The notes under the pieces were generated by a model that was given only the letters and a program-made list of their open reading frames with translations, made no database searches and was not told the origin of the DNA. A program made the position numbers and the translations under genes. Of a stretch of DNA of 64,000 nt, positions 46,505 through 55,678 are shown piece after piece. Where the stretch lies: positions 3,816 through 67,815 of the forward strand of contig CAZRGC010000003.1 of NCBI GenBank assembly GCA_964599625.1, given 5' to 3'. Source of the DNA: an uncultured Gammaproteobacteria bacterium. GTDB taxonomy: Bacteria > Patescibacteriota > Microgenomatia > UBA8517. Each line of letters starts with the position of its first letter. Within the stretch, counting starts at the first letter, position 1.

Positions 46505-46957
46505 CTAAAACTTGATATCAAAGTTGAAAGGAGGTGGTTTTAGATGGCTTTGTTTAATGTCCAAGGAATTTATCTTGTCTTTTAGTGCTGAAAGCTCTAT
46601 TTGGGTTTGTTGTAGAACATTGACGCTTGGTGTTGAGCTGGGAAGGGTTATCGAGTTTGGTGTTGGTTTGGTTGTTTTTACCGGTGCGGGCGTGTTTCCT
46701 GCTGACCCAAATAAAAGACCCAAAACAATGATAAGAAACATCAAACCGAACAGTGTTGTTATTGTCCAAAAGATTAATTTATTAGAATAAAATTTGTTAA
46801 TCAGGTCTTGCAATGGGGGAGGTAATTTTGCGATTAACTTCAATAAAGCCTCTTTCCCCGGAATATTCAACGGTTTTTTTGTGTTGTTTTTGGGCACTGG
46901 AGGCACGGGGGGTGTCTGAATTGGGACTTGTTGCTGATTGTTTTGTTCAGGGTTCAT
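46505..46957 (-). CDS. Pro-rich single-TM membrane protein, hypothetical
   Basis: 150 aa with an N-terminal P/Q-rich region, one TM helix, and a C-terminal T/P/S-rich tail. Confidence 0.4.
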   Translation of the reverse strand: MNPEQNNQQQVPIQTPPVPPVPKNNTKKPLNIPGKEALLKLIAKLPPPLQDLINKFYSNKLIFWTITTLFGLMFLIIVLGLLFGSAGNTPAPVKTTKPTPNSITLPSSTPSVNVLQQTQIELSALKDKINSLDIKQSHLKPPPFNFDIKF

Positions 46958-47760
46958 TGTTGGTTTTGTATGTAGGCCGATATTTCTGTCAAAAACTGAT
47001 TGAACTGGGAAAGCGGCTTAACAGATTGTGACAGAGTTTGCAAAGCAGTATCAAAATCGCTTTCCGGTGAATACGATTGGCTGTATATGACTTGAATTTG
47101 TGTCAGTCCTTTTTCTTCATTGGCTTTAAGAGTGGCAATCGTCGTATCGATGTCTGTAAGCCAGTGGTTGAATGGGTTGAGTGTCAATTTGCCCGCTGCC
47201 ACACCTTGGTCAATAAGACCCCTTAAAGTTGCATATAGTTGTTCGTGTCTTTGTCTCAAAGTTTTTTCTTGTCCCAAAGTAATATCAAAAAGCGACTCGT
47301 CGATTATCAAAATAGTTTTTGAATTATATCTTGCCTTAACCTCGTCACTTTTTGCAAAAAGACTTTCAATCGAATCGTCGTCTTTGTAGTTGGTTTTGTG
47401 ATTTGAGTACCAAGCTACTTCCTGGTCGATTTTGGTGTAAATATTATCCCTGACCGGTCCTTCAAGTCCAGGCTGCTCAGAGAGGTTTGCTCGTAGTGCT
47501 GTAAGATAGACAACTGTGAGCTGATCACGGTTTCTAAGCATATTTAGAGCTTTTAGCTTGGCTTCTTCTTTTAGTCTTAAGGTTTGGTTGGCTGTATATG
47601 CGTTTTTCGCATCTTGAAACTCTGTGAAAGACTGGTCATAAATGGTCCGATTGTACTGATAATCTTGATAGGCCCTTTCGTAAGTTAATGATTGGGCACT
47701 TATGTTGGTAACAAATATAAACGTAAGTAGAATCGATGTGAATACTGTAATCTTTTTCAT
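46954..47760 (-). CDS. Secreted hypothetical protein (signal peptide)
   Basis: MKKITVFTSILLTFIFVTNISAQS signal peptide. Rest is helical/charged-rich. No known motif. Confidence 0.4.
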   Translation of the reverse strand: MKKITVFTSILLTFIFVTNISAQSLTYERAYQDYQYNRTIYDQSFTEFQDAKNAYTANQTLRLKEEAKLKALNMLRNRDQLTVVYLTALRANLSEQPGLEGPVRDNIYTKIDQEVAWYSNHKTNYKDDDSIESLFAKSDEVKARYNSKTILIIDESLFDITLGQEKTLRQRHEQLYATLRGLIDQGVAAGKLTLNPFNHWLTDIDTTIATLKANEEKGLTQIQVIYSQSYSPESDFDTALQTLSQSVKPLSQFNQFLTEISAYIQNQQ

Positions 47761-47792
47761 TAGAAGTGTTAAAAATTATTGTATCATTTTTT

Positions 47793-47811
47793 GAGGCCAG
47801 AGCGGGAATCG
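47793..47811. repeat. 19-nt direct repeat of the tRNA-Cys 3' end (GAGGCCAGAGCGGGAATCG)
   Basis: Exact 19/19 copy of plus-strand 47873-47891 (the tRNA-Cys 3' acceptor/T-arm), lying 62 bp beyond the tRNA 3' end. Confidence 0.6.
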
Positions 47812-47873
47812 TATACAAAATACGACCTTGATATCCGCATTATCGATTGACAATATGGGCTCGAATTCATGAG

Positions 47874-47945
47874 AGGCCAGAGCGGGAATCGAACCCGCGC
47901 ATGGCGGTTTTGCAGACCGCAGCGTTTCCACTTCGCCATCTGGCC
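47874..47945 (-). tRNA. tRNA-Cys (GCA)
   Basis: Minus-strand GGCCAGATGGCGAAGTGGAAACGCTGCGGTCTGCAAAACCGCCATGCGCGGGTTCGATTCCCGCTCTGGCCT. 7-bp acceptor stem, D-arm, anticodon loop CUGCAAA, T-arm GGTTCGATTCC. No encoded CCA. Confidence 0.85.
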
Positions 47946-48015
47946 AGAAACACTATTTTAACTTATTAGCTTTGGGTTTCAAAGCTTTACTGTTAACAAT
48001 CATGCGCGGATTTTT

Positions 48016-48417
48016 TTATTTCCCAACTGCTCTAACTGTAACCTTTTTGGGTTTTGCCGCTTCTGCTTTTGGAATGGTCACGAAAACTACGCCGTGTTTT
48101 ACCTCAGCATCGGTATTTTGCCATTCCCCTCCGCTTAGTGCTGTTGTATAGTAATACTGGTAACTTGAAGATTTCACATCTTCTTTGGTTTTTTCTTCCT
48201 TGACGGATTCTGCTTTGATCGTCAAAACTCCGTCTTCGATGTTTACTTCAACGTTTTCAGCAGGAACACCCGCCACAACAGCCTCCACGATCAGATTTTT
48301 GTCAGTTTCGTGGATTTTTAGACCCCTTTGGATGTTTGGAAAGCCGTCATCAAAATCATCCATCCACCTGGGTAAAGAAAAAATGCTTCTAGTTGGATCG
48401 TATCTAACTATATTCAT
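48016..48417 (-). CDS. Hsp20/alpha-crystallin family small heat-shock protein
   Basis: 133 aa. ...DKNLIVEAVVAGVPAENVEVNIEDGVLTIKAE... is the alpha-crystallin domain pattern. Confidence 0.75.
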   Translation of the reverse strand: MNIVRYDPTRSIFSLPRWMDDFDDGFPNIQRGLKIHETDKNLIVEAVVAGVPAENVEVNIEDGVLTIKAESVKEEKTKEDVKSSSYQYYYTTALSGGEWQNTDAEVKHGVVFVTIPKAEAAKPKKVTVRAVGK

Positions 48418-48522
48418 GTATATTCACCTCCTTTCTGGCACTCTATAGATCTGAGTGCTAAACAATATTATTTAATATTTTTTTTGTTGTCAAGACCTCT
48501 GTGCTTTGATAAACTCGGCTGA

Positions 48523-49413
48523 ATGAAAAACCTCAAAACGGCTACAATTTTTATATTTTCCTTACTTCTACTGTTGGGTACTATTTTTTTTGTTTTAGGT
48601 TTCACAAAACCAAAACCTGCTGGAGTTAGTGTCAAAACAAGCCCTGAATCCAATGTTTATTTAGACGGAGTTCTTGTAGGAAAAACTCCATTTAAAACTA
48701 CCCATGCTCCTGGAGAAGTTTCTATAAAACTTGTACCAGAGTCAGGCGAGAAAAAGCTCCTTACCTTTGAAACAAAAATAAGCCTGGTTGCAGGTGTTGA
48801 AACCTTGGTTAGGAGGGAATTTGGTGAGACAGAGGATGGCTCTGCCGGTGATATTATTTCTTATGACAAAACGTCCTCTGGTGAAACTAGCCTGGTTGTA
48901 GTGACAACTCCCGCAGACGCTCAAATATCACTTGATGGCGTTCCAAGGGGATTCTCTCCCTACAAGACATCGGTTATTTCACCGGTAACTCACCTGGTGA
49001 GTATAAAGTCGCCTGGTTATAACGAACGATCTATCACCTTGGTGGTGGCTCAAGGTTTAAGGCTCACTGTTTTTGCAAAACTTTCAAAAGCAAAAGAAAT
49101 GGTTTTGGAACCGACACCAACACCTAGTCCGGAAAAGGTTGTCTATGTTGAAATTTTGAACACCCCGACAGGGTTTTTAAGAGTGCGTACACAGCCTGGA
49201 TCAAGTGGTGACGAAATAGCTGAAGTTAAGCCTGGAAGTAAATACTTGTTTTTGCAAAAGGACGAAGCGAGTGGGTGGTACCAAATTCAATATGGAGAAG
49301 CCAAACCGGGACTACCAAACGGAATTACAGGTTGGGTGGCCGGACAATATGCAAAACTGGTTAATGGCAACGGGGATGCGGTAGATCTGCCTTCGGAGAC
49401 ATCAGATCCCTGA
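48523..49413 (+). CDS. PEGA-domain (x2) protein with a C-terminal bacterial SH3 (SH3b) domain, membrane-anchored
   Basis: Signal anchor. Two segments (VSVKTSPESNVYLDGVLVGKTPF... and VVVTTPADAQISLDGVPRGFSPY...) fit PEGA. C-terminal GFLRVRTQPGSSGDEIAEVKPGSKYLFLQKDEASGWYQIQY fits SH3_3. Confidence 0.6.
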   Translation: MKNLKTATIFIFSLLLLLGTIFFVLGFTKPKPAGVSVKTSPESNVYLDGVLVGKTPFKTTHAPGEVSIKLVPESGEKKLLTFETKISLVAGVETLVRREFGETEDGSAGDIISYDKTSSGETSLVVVTTPADAQISLDGVPRGFSPYKTSVISPVTHLVSIKSPGYNERSITLVVAQGLRLTVFAKLSKAKEMVLEPTPTPSPEKVVYVEILNTPTGFLRVRTQPGSSGDEIAEVKPGSKYLFLQKDEASGWYQIQYGEAKPGLPNGITGWVAGQYAKLVNGNGDAVDLPSETSDP

Positions 49414-50373
49414 AATAGAGACCCCGCTATATAAAACCCAGTAAACAACGAAAATCCAAACACCTATTGCTGCTATCAATGCCTTGTCGGTCAATAGCAA
49501 TCTTTCTGGTGTTTCGCTTTTGCCTTCGAAAATCAGAAATTCGTATCGCATTATCCCGAAAATTGTAATTGGGATTGTTATCATTAGTAGTTTGTCTATA
49601 GTTGTTGTGCGGCTAAGCTCGGCAAGAACCAACCAAAACGGGAGAGTTGCTTTTGGGCTCTCAAAAAAAGTAAAAAGAGCCCAACTCATCCAAGAGGCGT
49701 TGCCAAACATTGTGACGTACGAGTTGAGTAGTTCTTTTTTGTAGTTGTCTAAGCTTTTACGTGTAAGAGACGTCTGTGTTTGAGGAAGGTTGAGTTCGGC
49801 CCTCCTTTTTCCGGACGCCAGGAATAAAGCGGTTGATATTACACAAAGCAAAAACCATACCGAAAGATGTGCGTTTATGGCAAATGCTCCTGCGTAAACC
49901 CGTATAATAAAACCTGTTGCGATAATAAGAATGTCTAAAATTGCGATGTTTTTAAGAAACATGCTGTAAAAAAGTTGCAATATAAGATATCCAATCACCA
50001 GCAAAAAGAAGATAGAGTTGAATGTAGCTGCCATAAAAAGCGCCACAGATGCCATCATAAGACCCTCTAAAAGCGCCAGAGGCACGGGCAACCTGCCAGA
50101 TGCTACTGGTCTAAAACGTTTAGTTGGGTGAAGTCTGTCGTTTTTTACGTCAAATATGTCGTTAATTATGTAAGTTGCAGATGTGGCAAAGCAGAAGGCG
50201 ACGAATCCCCAAAATACGTTTATAAAATGACCTTTATCAAAAATCTCACCGGTAAGAAGGATAGCCGCAAAAAGCGAAAGGTTTTTGACCCAATGAATAG
50301 GGCGCATAACTGCTATAGCAGCGCCAATCAACGATTTGCTTCCGATTGTTTTTTCGGTCGATATGTTAACCAC
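49402..50373 (-). CDS. UbiA-family prenyltransferase, decaprenyl-phosphate phosphoribosyltransferase (DPPRS/Rv3806c)-like
   Basis: YIINDIFDVKNDRLHPTKRFRPVASGRL contains the NDxxDxxxD motif and the KRPxASG segment typical of DPPR synthases. About 8 TM helices. Confidence 0.6.
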   Translation of the reverse strand: MVNISTEKTIGSKSLIGAAIAVMRPIHWVKNLSLFAAILLTGEIFDKGHFINVFWGFVAFCFATSATYIINDIFDVKNDRLHPTKRFRPVASGRLPVPLALLEGLMMASVALFMAATFNSIFFLLVIGYLILQLFYSMFLKNIAILDILIIATGFIIRVYAGAFAINAHLSVWFLLCVISTALFLASGKRRAELNLPQTQTSLTRKSLDNYKKELLNSYVTMFGNASWMSWALFTFFESPKATLPFWLVLAELSRTTTIDKLLMITIPITIFGIMRYEFLIFEGKSETPERLLLTDKALIAAIGVWIFVVYWVLYSGVSISGI

Positions 50374-51416
50374 AGAATCAGCCCTCCAATTATGGCGGCT
50401 ACACCGATCATTGTATATATCTTAGTGGTTGTATTCAAATTCAGCGCCATAAAACCCAAAAGAGAAGTCAGCACCCAATAAAAAATCGCTACTTGTTGTT
50501 TGGTCATTCCAAAATCCAAAAGCCTGTGGTGGAGGTGTCCACGGTCTCCCCAGACAGGAGACTTTCCGGAAACAATTCTTCTTACCACAGTATATCCAGT
50601 ATCAATAAGTGGAACACCAAGTACAACCATGAGTGCACCAACCTTTGTAGTGGAGAGGATCGATAAAACAGCCAGCAAATAACCCGCCAAAGTACTACCG
50701 CCATAACCGGGCATAATTTTTTGGGGGAACACATGCCATGGTAAAAAACCCAAGTATGCCCCTGAAGTTATTGCTGCAAGGATGATAACGGGCCATTGTG
50801 TGATATCTGCTGAGTATCTAAGTGAAAGAAAGGCTATTGTAAGGGCTGCGATAACCGTGACTCCGCTCATTTGGCCATCAACGCCCTTCGCGCCCATGTT
50901 TACAATGTTCATTAAGAAGGTGACCCATATAACCGCAAGAATGTTGCTTAAAAAAGAAAAAGTGTAGCTGTTCCCAAAAAACTGAAACGACATCTGGGGT
51001 CCAGTCAAATCGATGACACCACCCAAAGGGTTGCTTATAAAGGAAATACCAATTCCACAGGCAACGGGAATGCTGGCAGATATGATTCCAATTATAAGTC
51101 TTAGATATGGATTCAGGTCGTATTTATCGTCCAGAAAGCCCATCAATACAAGCCCCAACGCTCCAAAAATAATACCTATTGTTTGTTTGTCGGTTGGTAA
51201 AAATATTAATACTGAAGTCAAAAGTGACAAAAAAATTGGAATTCCACCTCCTCGTGGGATCGGGTAAGTATGGATAACTTTAGGGTGTTTGTTTTTGGAT
51301 GGATCATCAACAATTCCAAGTCTTTTAGCTAAGCGTATAACAACAGGAGTAACAAAAAAAGAAACAGCCGTTGAAACCAGCCATGGAATAATGAAAATAT
51401 ATCTAAGTTGTTCCAT
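50328..51416 (-). CDS. Glycosyltransferase family 4 polyprenyl-phosphate sugar-1-phosphate transferase (WecA/MraY-like)
   Basis: 10-11 TM helices. GFLDDKYDLNPYLRLIIG (DDxxD-like Mg site), a cytoplasmic HHRLLDFG segment, and overall MraY/WecA topology. Confidence 0.65.
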   Translation of the reverse strand: MEQLRYIFIIPWLVSTAVSFFVTPVVIRLAKRLGIVDDPSKNKHPKVIHTYPIPRGGGIPIFLSLLTSVLIFLPTDKQTIGIIFGALGLVLMGFLDDKYDLNPYLRLIIGIISASIPVACGIGISFISNPLGGVIDLTGPQMSFQFFGNSYTFSFLSNILAVIWVTFLMNIVNMGAKGVDGQMSGVTVIAALTIAFLSLRYSADITQWPVIILAAITSGAYLGFLPWHVFPQKIMPGYGGSTLAGYLLAVLSILSTTKVGALMVVLGVPLIDTGYTVVRRIVSGKSPVWGDRGHLHHRLLDFGMTKQQVAIFYWVLTSLLGFMALNLNTTTKIYTMIGVAAIIGGLILWLTYRPKKQSEANR

Positions 51417-51841
51417 TAAAAAAACCCGACCAATATAACCACTTTTACAAACGTAATTAGCATTAGAAGAGTAAACAAAAACGAACCAAAAACCAAAGCC
51501 TGTTTCACAAATTTGTCGCTCGTTTTGTATGTGATAAACAAGTTAACTAAAGTTACGCTCAGCGAAAGCCCTGGGACCAAAAGAAGGCCGATTTGAGAAA
51601 TAATTTGTTTCTCCCCCGAGGGGTTGCCATACAGAAATGGCACCACAGGTGGAAGAAAACTACCCAGAAGAATGTATATTACAAGAGTGAGTAGGGCGCC
51701 AAAAAGAGATGTGTAGATATACTCTTTAAACGGGACACCTTCCAATGAAGTGAGTTTAGACTTGTTTGCCATCAGGCTGATTTTACTACAATAGCGACTA
51801 CCTAACCAAATCCAACCTGGAGTAAATATTCGCGTTACCAA
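51416..51841 (-). CDS. Small multi-TM membrane protein, hypothetical
   Basis: 141 aa with 4 predicted TM helices, in an operon with glycosyltransferases. Confidence 0.35.
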   Translation of the reverse strand: MVTRIFTPGWIWLGSRYCSKISLMANKSKLTSLEGVPFKEYIYTSLFGALLTLVIYILLGSFLPPVVPFLYGNPSGEKQIISQIGLLLVPGLSLSVTLVNLFITYKTSDKFVKQALVFGSFLFTLLMLITFVKVVILVGFF

Positions 51842-53336
51842 TTTGATTTATAAGCAGGTAGCGTTTTCTGAGAAAATTTTCAATTTCTGGTAACGGATGC
51901 CCTGATACCATAACTATAAACTTAGGAGGATTTTCCATAACTGCATTGGCAGTATCTGACCTATTGGAAAAGTCTGCAACGTGATAGGGCACAGTATATT
52001 TAATGGGAGGCAATCTTTTAGACAGCGCGTATACAGCCGCAGAGTCCGGATCCCACATAAATACTTTATCTTTGGGGTGGCTGGAGTTTGCTATAAACTC
52101 TGCAATTTCATAGTTCCGGTTTGTGGATGCAGAAAAACTTTGGAAATACTGTGTTTTGGTTATTTTGTCGGCTGCGAAGTCAACAAATCTCAAGTAATAG
52201 CTTGAAGTCGGGTAAAAATAGAACCTGTAATAAACAGGTACCAAGAAAGACAGAACAAGTGGGATAATCACCAAAACTTGATCAAAAGTTTCTTCTGTAA
52301 AAAACATAGCCATAAGGATAGCCATGGGAGCGACGTTTTGAATCAAATAATGCGGGTAGGGACGTTCCGACAACGTGACTGCAAAAAGTGCAAAAATAAC
52401 CCACAAACAAAGGAATATAAATCTTTTTGAAAGTTTGGCTCTTTTTATGAACAAGATTAACGAACCCAAAACCACAATCATCGCTCTTGTAATCAAGGGA
52501 GCGTTTTTGGCAAAAAAAGATTTCTGAGCATCGTCAGGTCTGAAACTGCTTAAGTAGCCAACGTTTTGCAAAAAGGCTGCTTTGACATATTCGGGTCCCG
52601 CGCCGGCCAAAAGATAATAGATTATAGATACAGCAATGGGAGCCAAAACTCCAAGTCCAAGCACAAAAACGTTTTTTATTGTCTTTCTCCAGTTTTTCAG
52701 GTCTGTTGTAAGCCAATAAATCACAATAACAGGCACCTCAAAGACAGCCGGGACTTTAAAAAGCGTTGCGATTCCAAAAAGAAATCCTGCCCAAAAAACT
52801 TTGGATATCTTGAGGTTTTCATCAAGAAGTATCAGAAAAGCGATTATTGAAGGCCCGATCATAAAAAGTTCTGCGTTAACTGTATTTCCTTCGAGAAGGG
52901 GAATTGTTGTGAGTACTGCAAAAACAAGTGTGGATATTTTTACTGGTTTGTCTTTGCCTTTAAATATTTTTTCGGACAGCCTATAAAAGTAATATACTGT
53001 CACCAAACTCCAGAAGGCTAAAATAGCCTTAAACCAAAAAAGATTTGAAGCAATTGCCGCTGTCAAGTAAAGGAGAGGTGGTTTATTGTCATGCAAATCT
53101 TTATATAAAGTCACTCCTTGTTGCACCCCTTGACCCATAGTTAAATAAATCATCTCGTCACCGTAATAGTATGGTTCGAAAAAGCTTGGTATTCTAAGAA
53201 GCATTATAAAAACCATGCCAAAAAGTAACCAATTAGGCATGTCAGGCAAATGAAGGATGTCTCCCAGTTTATGAAGCTTATTCCACAACAATCTCATACA
53301 AATCAGTTTATCATATGGGTATAAAAAAATACGCAA
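51798..53336 (-). CDS. GT-C fold glycosyltransferase (family 39/83, ArnT/PMT-like)
   Basis: N-terminal ...PSFFEPYYYGDEMIYLTMGQGVQQG...HDNKPPLLYL... has the DE motif and loop typical of ArnT/PMT GT-C enzymes. 11 or more TM helices. The true start may be the ATG at 53297. Confidence 0.6.
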   Translation of the reverse strand: MRIFLYPYDKLICMRLLWNKLHKLGDILHLPDMPNWLLFGMVFIMLLRIPSFFEPYYYGDEMIYLTMGQGVQQGVTLYKDLHDNKPPLLYLTAAIASNLFWFKAILAFWSLVTVYYFYRLSEKIFKGKDKPVKISTLVFAVLTTIPLLEGNTVNAELFMIGPSIIAFLILLDENLKISKVFWAGFLFGIATLFKVPAVFEVPVIVIYWLTTDLKNWRKTIKNVFVLGLGVLAPIAVSIIYYLLAGAGPEYVKAAFLQNVGYLSSFRPDDAQKSFFAKNAPLITRAMIVVLGSLILFIKRAKLSKRFIFLCLWVIFALFAVTLSERPYPHYLIQNVAPMAILMAMFFTEETFDQVLVIIPLVLSFLVPVYYRFYFYPTSSYYLRFVDFAADKITKTQYFQSFSASTNRNYEIAEFIANSSHPKDKVFMWDPDSAAVYALSKRLPPIKYTVPYHVADFSNRSDTANAVMENPPKFIVMVSGHPLPEIENFLRKRYLLINQIGNANIYSRLDLVR

Positions 53337-53383
53337 TCTAAAAAAAGATCCAATCAGCCTCTGATGCGGTATAATAATAAACT

Positions 53384-54322
53384 ATGAAAAGAGTGGTTGT
53401 GACAGGTGGCGCAGGGTTTATTGGCTCGCACTTGTGTGAGAGATTGGTGGGTGAAGGATTTTTTGTGACATGTGTAGATAACCTTATTACAGGTTCCGAG
53501 AAAAATATTGAAGCTCTTAAAGGCAGTGATAACTTCAGATTTGAAAAACTCGATATAACTTGGGAGTGGAAAAATTTGGGCGACATAGATTATATCTTTC
53601 ATTTGGCGTCGCCGGCTTCTCCGATTGATTATCAAAAACACCCAGAAGAAACAGCGGAGGTGAACAGTATGGGCACAATTGGTTTACTTAAACAAGCAAG
53701 ATCTCACTCGGCCAAATATCTTTTAGCTTCTACGTCAGAAGTTTATGGTGACCCGAACGTTTCGCCGCAAAAGGAAGACTATTGGGGCAACGTCAACAGT
53801 TTTGGTCCCAGAAGTTGCTATGACGAAAGCAAAAGGTTTGCAGAAACAATGACTTATATTTACATACAAAAATACGAAGTAGATGCCAGAATAGTGCGCA
53901 TTTTTAATACGTATGGCCCAAAAATGCAGAAAGACGACGGTAGGGTAGTTAGCAACTTTATTAACCAAGCAATCAACGGAGAGGATATCACTGTTTACGG
54001 CGATGGCCTTCAAACGAGATCCTTTTGCTATATAAGCGATATGGTTGAAGGAATTTATAAAGCGATGTTTGCAGACAACACAAAAAGTGAGGTAATAAAT
54101 CTTGGAAATCCAGATGAATTCACCATGCTTGATCTTGCACAAAAGATAAAGACCATGACGGATTCACAATCTAAAATCGTTTTTAAAGATCTCCCACAGG
54201 ACGACCCTAAGCAAAGAAGGCCAGATATTTCAAAGGCCGGAAGTTTACTAGATTGGAAACCGGTCGTCTCTGTTGAAATGGGTTTAGAAAAGACAATTAG
54301 CTACTACAAGAGTATTCAATAA
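53384..54322 (+). CDS. UDP-glucuronate decarboxylase / UDP-xylose synthase-like NAD-dependent epimerase/dehydratase
   Basis: VTGGAGFIGSHLC (Rossmann), ...STSEVYGDP..., YDESKR (YxxxK catalytic). Overall UXS-like. Confidence 0.75.
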   Translation: MKRVVVTGGAGFIGSHLCERLVGEGFFVTCVDNLITGSEKNIEALKGSDNFRFEKLDITWEWKNLGDIDYIFHLASPASPIDYQKHPEETAEVNSMGTIGLLKQARSHSAKYLLASTSEVYGDPNVSPQKEDYWGNVNSFGPRSCYDESKRFAETMTYIYIQKYEVDARIVRIFNTYGPKMQKDDGRVVSNFINQAINGEDITVYGDGLQTRSFCYISDMVEGIYKAMFADNTKSEVINLGNPDEFTMLDLAQKIKTMTDSQSKIVFKDLPQDDPKQRRPDISKAGSLLDWKPVVSVEMGLEKTISYYKSIQ

Positions 54323-54329
54323 GCTGCCC

Positions 54330-55277
54330 ATGGGTGAAAGCAAATTTGCAGATGAAGTCAAAAGGTTCGCTTCAAAAGATTTGAGTTTAGCCGACTGGAA
54401 AAGTGAAGTGACAAGGCTTACCAGAAGAGAAGAAATCTATCGACAATTGGGTACAGGTATGTCTGTCTCTGAGGTGGTGGAGACGGTAAGAGAATACGAA
54501 GGGAAAATTGAGCTTCCAAAGTTGTTGAACGCTTTAGTCGAAAACGAATTCGTAGTGGTTCCGGAGATGATTGCAATTGCCGAAGATGTAGGTAAAAACC
54601 TTCGCAAAGAGTTTCGGTTTTTTGAGGCGTTTGTCCTCGCTGGTGGCTCTGTTCATGGTGGGTCTTCTTTAAAAAAAACAATAACAGGATATGGTCCTCA
54701 CGATATTGATTGGGGGTTTATTTACAAAGGCGGGGAACCGGAAATGTCAGAAAGACAAAAAGTATTGGACAAAACCAGGAAAATTCTTCCCGACATCTCT
54801 AAAAAACATGGTTTCTCTAAAGGAGTTTCAAGTGATGGGTTTTTAAATGGGGTAATATTTAATAGACCCATACTAAATTCCGACTCGGCCCGTAAATTAA
54901 TAGTTGGAATGTCAGCTGAGAGTGGTGTTGACGTTTGGCAAACAGGTTTGTATTTTGAACCATCTTTCCCATCAAGCGTCAATGAAGAAAACAGGAGATA
55001 TATTTTGGAATCGTTAAGGGATTTGTATAAAAAAGATAAAAATTTAGGATTGGAAGTTTTTAATAAAATCATGCGAGGTTGGAGACACTTGCACAAAATG
55101 GAAACAAAACATTTGGGTCGAACTGGTGACAGTGCAAACAAAAATATGGATTTACAATCAAAGCTCTCAGAAGAAAGTGCGGGAGTGATGGAGATTGCTA
55201 TGTGGGTGTTACTTAAGTCTGCAATGGCCGGAAACATTTATGCTAAACCATTAGTGTATAATCCCAACCATGGTTGA
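54330..55277 (+). CDS. Hypothetical protein (315 aa), possible nucleotidyltransferase-like core
   Basis: AGGSVHGGSS...GPHDIDWGFIY weakly resembles a GS...DxD nucleotidyltransferase motif. Otherwise unrecognised. Confidence 0.3.
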   Translation: MGESKFADEVKRFASKDLSLADWKSEVTRLTRREEIYRQLGTGMSVSEVVETVREYEGKIELPKLLNALVENEFVVVPEMIAIAEDVGKNLRKEFRFFEAFVLAGGSVHGGSSLKKTITGYGPHDIDWGFIYKGGEPEMSERQKVLDKTRKILPDISKKHGFSKGVSSDGFLNGVIFNRPILNSDSARKLIVGMSAESGVDVWQTGLYFEPSFPSSVNEENRRYILESLRDLYKKDKNLGLEVFNKIMRGWRHLHKMETKHLGRTGDSANKNMDLQSKLSEESAGVMEIAMWVLLKSAMAGNIYAKPLVYNPNHG

Positions 55278-55641
55278 CCGAAAAAACGATAGCGAAAGTG
55301 GTGAAGAGGTGAAAATGCAACCTTGGCCTTCAAGGGTTGTGGTAAGTCCTTTGGAAAACGCACTCCATCACTGGCTTGACTGGGGAGATATTTCAAGACT
55401 TCGCGGGGAATACGATTTTCCTTATCAGGTGGCCCAATTGGATGCAGAAGAGCTGGCAAAAAAATTTTCAAGAGAGTCTGATTTGGAAAAGTTTAAAGAG
55501 GCTCAATCTGTGATCAAAATTTGGAACAGTGACCCCGAAGGTTTCAAAAACCCATATGACGGGGGTGAAAGCATCCCTCAACGTGTCAAGCCAAATGTTC
55601 AGGTAAAAAGAGAGGTTTTAGTTGAAGTAAAAGAAAGGTAA
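55270..55641 (+). CDS. Hypothetical protein (123 aa)
   Basis: ORF overlapping the upstream stop by 8 nt (likely co-translated). No recognisable motif. Confidence 0.3.
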   Translation: MVDRKNDSESGEEVKMQPWPSRVVVSPLENALHHWLDWGDISRLRGEYDFPYQVAQLDAEELAKKFSRESDLEKFKEAQSVIKIWNSDPEGFKNPYDGGESIPQRVKPNVQVKREVLVEVKER

Positions 55642-55678
55642 ACTGTGGAGGGTTCACGCGGGTTGGTTTTTTTGAAAC

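Noticed and set aside
47793-47872. An integrated island delimited by the tRNA-Cys 3'-end repeat
   Set aside because: Only ~60 bp separate the repeat from the tRNA, so there is no room for an element. Kept only as a possible scar.
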